DNA of 64,000 nt from Longimicrobiales bacterium (lineage in GTDB: Bacteria > Gemmatimonadota > Gemmatimonadetes > Longimicrobiales > Gaopeijiaceae): positions 3,520,001-3,584,000 of the forward strand of contig OZ250165.1 in NCBI GenBank assembly GCA_965238005.1, written 5' to 3'. Positions 59,881 to 64,000 of this stretch are shown here, piece by piece. Every line of letters starts with the position of its first letter. Position 1 is the first letter of the stretch. A program made the translations under genes and the position numbers. The notes under the pieces were generated by a model that was not told the origin of the DNA, made no database searches, and saw nothing but the letters and a program-made list of their open reading frames with translations.

Positions 59881-61136
59881 CCAAGAGCCTTCTTCCCCGT
59901 CGAGACCCCGAGGAATTCACGGCGGGCACCCCGGGCGCTATCTCCCTTGAGATCCAACGCGAAGCCGAGGTCATCGTAGAGCGGGTCCGAGCCGTCGGTG
60001 AAGCCGCCATCCGGGAGTACGCGACCAGGTTCGACGAGCGCAGCCCCGAGCAGTCCCTGTACATCACCCGTGACGAGCTGGGGCCCCAGCTAGAAGCGAT
60101 GGCGCCATCCGACCGCGAGCGCCTGAAGCGCATCGGAGGGCGCATCCGCGAGTTCGCCACCGCCCAGCGCAAAGCTCTCACCCCCCTCGAGGTGGACATC
60201 TCCGGGGGTACCGTGGGACACCGCATCGATCCGGTGGAGGCAGCGGGATGCTACGCCCCCGGCGGGCGCTATCCCCTTCCCTCCTCGGTGCTCATGACCG
60301 CCGTCACCGCCCGGGCCGCCGGAGTGGAGTCGGTTTGGGTCGCGAGTCCCCGACCCACGCCCATCACCCTCGCGGCCGCCGCCGTAGCCGATGTGGACGG
60401 AGTCCTAGCGGTGGGAGGAGCCCACGCCATCGCGGCTCTGGCCTTCGGGGTCGGGCCGGTGCCTCCAAGCGATGTGGTCGTCGGTCCGGGGAACCTGTAC
60501 GTGAACGCGGCCAAGCAGCTCTTGGCCGGCGCCGTGGCCATCGACATGCTGGCCGGCCCGTCGGAGCTCGTGATCATCGCGGACGGATCGGCAGATCCGG
60601 CCTGGATCGCCGCAGACCTCCTCGCCCAGGCGGAGCACGATCCCGAAGCCGTGCCGATCCTGATCGCGATGGACCCGGCTCTTATTACCGCGGTCGAAGC
60701 GGAGCTGAGCACCCAGCTCGGCGACCTCCCCACCGCCGATACCGCTCGTACCGCGATATCGAAAGGGGGCGTCATCGCCTGTCCCAACGTCGAGGAGGCG
60801 GCCCGGGTGAGCGACGCCATCGCGCCCGAGCACCTGCAGCTGTCCGTGGCCGATGCCCGTGACTTGGTGCCTCGCCTCAACCACTACGGCGCCCTCTTCA
60901 TCGGGGAAAGGAGCGCCGAGGTGTTTGGCGACTACGGAGTCGGTCCAAACCATGTGCTCCCAACGTCGGGGACGGCCCGGGCTCGGGGAGGTCTTTCGGT
61001 CATGGACTTCCTGCGAGTGCGTACCTGGATTCGCCTGGACCAACCCGGTCCATCTCGCGAGTTGGTGGAAGATTCGGCGTGGCTGGCCAGGCAGGAGGGG
61101 CTGGAGGCCCACGCGCGAGCCGCGGAGCTTCGGTAA
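59877..61136 (+). CDS. hisD: histidinol dehydrogenase
   Basis: Y.PGG...PSSVLM, GPGN.YV, IDM.AGPSE, DLLAQAEH, APEHL, GDY..GPNHVLPT. Confidence 0.96.
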   Translation: MTKSLLPRRDPEEFTAGTPGAISLEIQREAEVIVERVRAVGEAAIREYATRFDERSPEQSLYITRDELGPQLEAMAPSDRERLKRIGGRIREFATAQRKALTPLEVDISGGTVGHRIDPVEAAGCYAPGGRYPLPSSVLMTAVTARAAGVESVWVASPRPTPITLAAAAVADVDGVLAVGGAHAIAALAFGVGPVPPSDVVVGPGNLYVNAAKQLLAGAVAIDMLAGPSELVIIADGSADPAWIAADLLAQAEHDPEAVPILIAMDPALITAVEAELSTQLGDLPTADTARTAISKGGVIACPNVEEAARVSDAIAPEHLQLSVADARDLVPRLNHYGALFIGERSAEVFGDYGVGPNHVLPTSGTARARGGLSVMDFLRVRTWIRLDQPGPSRELVEDSAWLARQEGLEAHARAAELR

Positions 61137-61182
61137 GGCTCGCCCGGTACGCTATAATTGATGGATCCTCAAAGGAGACTTC

Positions 61183-62241
61183 ATGAAGCGATCGGTGGTG
61201 GCGCTGGGCTCTATCCTCCTCGGCTCCATAGAGCCTCCGTCAGCAGCCCGGGCTCAAGAAGGCCCGTGGGGCCTTACGGCGGTCGAGGGGATCGCGGTCG
61301 GACATCACACCCTGAGCGAGAGGCCCACCGGCTGCACCGTGATCCTGACCGGAGAGGGTGCGGTCGGAGGAGTGGACGTCCGCGGCGGCGCGCCTGGCAC
61401 GGTCGAGACCGATCTCTTGGATCCGGTGAATTCCGTGCAGGAAGTCCACGGCATCATCCTCTCCGGCGGCAGCGCCTTCGGGTTGGCTGCCCGAGACGGA
61501 GTCATGCGCTACCTGGACGAGAAGGGCATCGGATACCGCATGGGGTCCATCGTGGTACCCATTGTGGTCGGTGCTATCCTCTACGATCTCCCTGTGGGGG
61601 ACGACCCCGGTGTTCGTCCGGGCGCCGAATGCGGATACCAAGCGGCCACCCGGGCCACCGCGGACACGCCCGCCGAGGGGAATGTGGGAGCCGGTGCCGG
61701 AGCGACGGTAGGGAAGCTGAGGGGCATGCGGCGTGCCATGAAGGGTGGGATTGGGACCGCGTCGATTACACTGCCCAGTGGCCTCACGATCGGAGCAATC
61801 GTGGCGGTCAACGCGGTGGGCGACGTCATCGACCCGTCGACGGGTGCGGTGATCGCCGGAGTCCGTACAGCCGACGGCCGGGGCCTCGCCGACGCCCGGG
61901 TGCTGATGCGGGAGGGCCGTCCGTCGAACGAGCCCCAGAGCGGGGCCAACACCACCATCGGGGTCGTCGCCACCAACGCCGTGCTCACCCAGGCCCAGGC
62001 AACGAAGGTGGCGCAGATGGCGCAGGACGGCTTCGCCCGGGCGATCTATCCCGCGCACACGACGGGCGACGGGGACACGGTCTTCTCCCTGGCCACCGGC
62101 ACCTTCAACGGCGCGGCGGCCGTCTCCACCGTCGGAGCCCTGGCGGCGGACATGGTCGCCGAAGCCATCTTACGGGCCGTGAGGGCGGCCACCGGCATCG
62201 AGGGGATTCCCTCCGCCTCGGACCTCAACGCCGGCCGGTGA
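61183..62241 (+). CDS. P1/S58 (DmpA-like) aminopeptidase
   Basis: DVRGGAPGT.ET, LSGGSAFGL, GNVGAG.GA, NTTIGV.ATNA, HT..DGD..F. Confidence 0.9.
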   Translation: MKRSVVALGSILLGSIEPPSAARAQEGPWGLTAVEGIAVGHHTLSERPTGCTVILTGEGAVGGVDVRGGAPGTVETDLLDPVNSVQEVHGIILSGGSAFGLAARDGVMRYLDEKGIGYRMGSIVVPIVVGAILYDLPVGDDPGVRPGAECGYQAATRATADTPAEGNVGAGAGATVGKLRGMRRAMKGGIGTASITLPSGLTIGAIVAVNAVGDVIDPSTGAVIAGVRTADGRGLADARVLMREGRPSNEPQSGANTTIGVVATNAVLTQAQATKVAQMAQDGFARAIYPAHTTGDGDTVFSLATGTFNGAAAVSTVGALAADMVAEAILRAVRAATGIEGIPSASDLNAGR

Positions 62242-62358
62242 CGTGGGCGCTCCCGCGCCTCCAGGTGATGCACGGTGCGCGCCGCCCTAAGAGTCCAAGC
62301 CGCCCCGTGACGCACACCGGTCGTCTCGCCCCATGACCCCCGAGACCTCGGCCCGCCC

Positions 62359-63747
62359 GTGAACCTCGAGCTGGTAGTCCTAGTGGTCTACTCGGCCATC
62401 CTCATCGGGCTCGGCCTGTGGATTGGCCGGCGGGTGGAGAGCAGCGGGGGCTTTTTCGTGGCGAACCGCAAGCTCGGTGCAACGCTCATCTTCTCCACCG
62501 TGCTCGCGGCCAACATCGGTGCGGGCAGCACCGTGGGGGCCGCTGGGCTCGGCTACCGGGACGGCTTGGCCGGGTGGTGGTGGGTGGGCTCGGCCGCCGT
62601 CGGCACGCTGATCCTGGCCCTTTGGATCGGACCGCGAATCTGGCGGATCGCCGCGGAGCACGGCCTCTACACCATGGGGGACTACCTGGAGCTCCGATAT
62701 GGCCGGTCCGTTCGCGCGGCCATCACCGGCCTCCTGTGGCTCGGCACCCCAGCGCTCCTGGCGGCCCAGCTCATCGCCATGGCCAAGATCCTGGAGTTCG
62801 TGGCGGGGGCGCCCGAGTGGGCCGGCGTCCTCATCGGCGGGGTGGTCATGACGGCCTACTTCACGGCCGGCGGGCTCCTTACGTCCGCGTGGGTCAACAT
62901 GGTCCAGCTCGTGGTCCTGGTGCTCGGCTTCGCGGTAGCCCTGCCGTGGGCCTGGGGAGCGGTGGGCGGTTGGGGGGGCGTGGTGGCCGCCGCGCCCCCA
63001 TCCGGAGATTATTTGGACTTCTGGCAGGGAGGTCGCTCCGGCTGGATCTACCTGGCGCTCCTCGGGCCGAACTTCATGGTCTCGCCGGGACTCGTCCAGA
63101 AGGTATACGGAGCCGTAGACGAACGCGCCATCCGCCTGGGCCTCGGAGCCGCGGCCCTTGCGTTGCTGGTCTTCGCAGTGGTCCCGCCCCTCTTAGGAAT
63201 GATCGCCCGGGTCTACGACCCGGCCCTAGTGGACCGGGAGCATGCCCTGATGCTGGTCCTGACTGCCGGCCTTCCCACGCTTCTCGGGAGCGTGGGCCTG
63301 GCGGCGGTCTTCTCCGCCGAGATCAGCTCGGCCGACGCCATCCTCTTCATGCTGTCCACTTCCCTGTCCAAGGACCTCTACAAGCGCTTCCTCAGGGCCG
63401 ACGCCGATGACGGACAGGTTCTAAACGTCGCCCGTGGTGCGGCTCTCGCTGGAGGGAGCATCGGCATGCTTCTGGCGCTGGTGCTGCCGTCGATCATCGA
63501 CGCCCTCACCATCTTCTACTCCCTGATGGCCGTCTGCCTCTTCATCCCGGTGGTGGCGGGGCTCTACGCGCGCCGGCCCGGAACGCCGGAGGCCCTGGCG
63601 GCCAGCGGGGTGGGCGTTGCAGCCCTGATCACCGTGGAGCTGGCGGACTTCACGGACCCATTCCCGTGGCTGAACTCCACCTTCCTCGGGATCGTGGCGT
63701 CGGCGCTGGCCTTTGGCTTGGTCTTCCTGGTGCGCCGCCCTTCCTAG
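62359..63747 (+). CDS. sodium:solute symporter (SSS)
   Basis: FFVANR.LG, AANIGAGS, Y...GGL....W, A..SSAD; about 13 TM. Confidence 0.92.
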   Translation: MNLELVVLVVYSAILIGLGLWIGRRVESSGGFFVANRKLGATLIFSTVLAANIGAGSTVGAAGLGYRDGLAGWWWVGSAAVGTLILALWIGPRIWRIAAEHGLYTMGDYLELRYGRSVRAAITGLLWLGTPALLAAQLIAMAKILEFVAGAPEWAGVLIGGVVMTAYFTAGGLLTSAWVNMVQLVVLVLGFAVALPWAWGAVGGWGGVVAAAPPSGDYLDFWQGGRSGWIYLALLGPNFMVSPGLVQKVYGAVDERAIRLGLGAAALALLVFAVVPPLLGMIARVYDPALVDREHALMLVLTAGLPTLLGSVGLAAVFSAEISSADAILFMLSTSLSKDLYKRFLRADADDGQVLNVARGAALAGGSIGMLLALVLPSIIDALTIFYSLMAVCLFIPVVAGLYARRPGTPEALAASGVGVAALITVELADFTDPFPWLNSTFLGIVASALAFGLVFLVRRPS

Positions 63748-64000
63748 TGCCCGGCGTAGTTGCGGACTACCTCCCCGCCCTTCATGACCAGCCGGATCGA
63801 TCGGAGGGCCACGATGTTCCGGGTCGGGTCCTCCTGCACGGCGATGATGTCGGCCAGCTTACCCGGCGCGATGCTCCCGAGCTCATCAGACACACCCAGC
63901 ATCGTGGCGGGCTCGATGGTGGCGGACCGGAGCGCCTGGAGATGGGTCATCCCGCCCTCGGCGTAGTACTCGGCTCGATGCGGTCCACACCGGCCTGGAC
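63744..64000 (-). pseudogene. amidohydrolase 3' part, runs off the window; frameshifted deletion junction
   Basis: GMT..QAL..AT..PA..LG....GSIAPGKLADII...VMKGG; upstream AGVDRIE motif joins out of frame near 63972. Confidence 0.7.

Overview
GC-rich bacterial chromosomal segment. The gene content (Tat/lipoprotein hydrolases, choice-of-anchor B, RCC1+Ig lipoprotein, cyclase-TolB-TPR) suggests Gemmatimonadota/Longimicrobiales, which is an inference. It is mostly peptide/amino-acid scavenging enzymes and transporters, with a sigma54 two-component system, ppk2, yajQ, a CsoR-merB pair, an intact IS1182-family element (17-bp IRs, CTAG duplication) and an IS21 remnant. At least eight genes are reduced to fragments by internal deletions or stops. 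Highlights: (1) a six-gene, translationally coupled histidine operon with three fusions (HisC-HAD, HisH-HisF, HisA-HisI-HisE), whose HisIE half resembles fungal His4, preceded by a His-rich leader peptide and terminator (ribosome-mediated attenuator); (2) two cargo blocks, each bracketed by diverged duplicates of the 5' start region of the downstream gene; (3) a dispersed 54-bp TACGTA-palindromic element; (4) a DtxR/MntR-type box before an outer-membrane barrel gene; (5) an uncharacterised GcvT-like plus twin phytoene-dehydrogenase-like operon. No rRNA, tRNA or CRISPR array was seen. Family calls come from motif recognition, not database searches.
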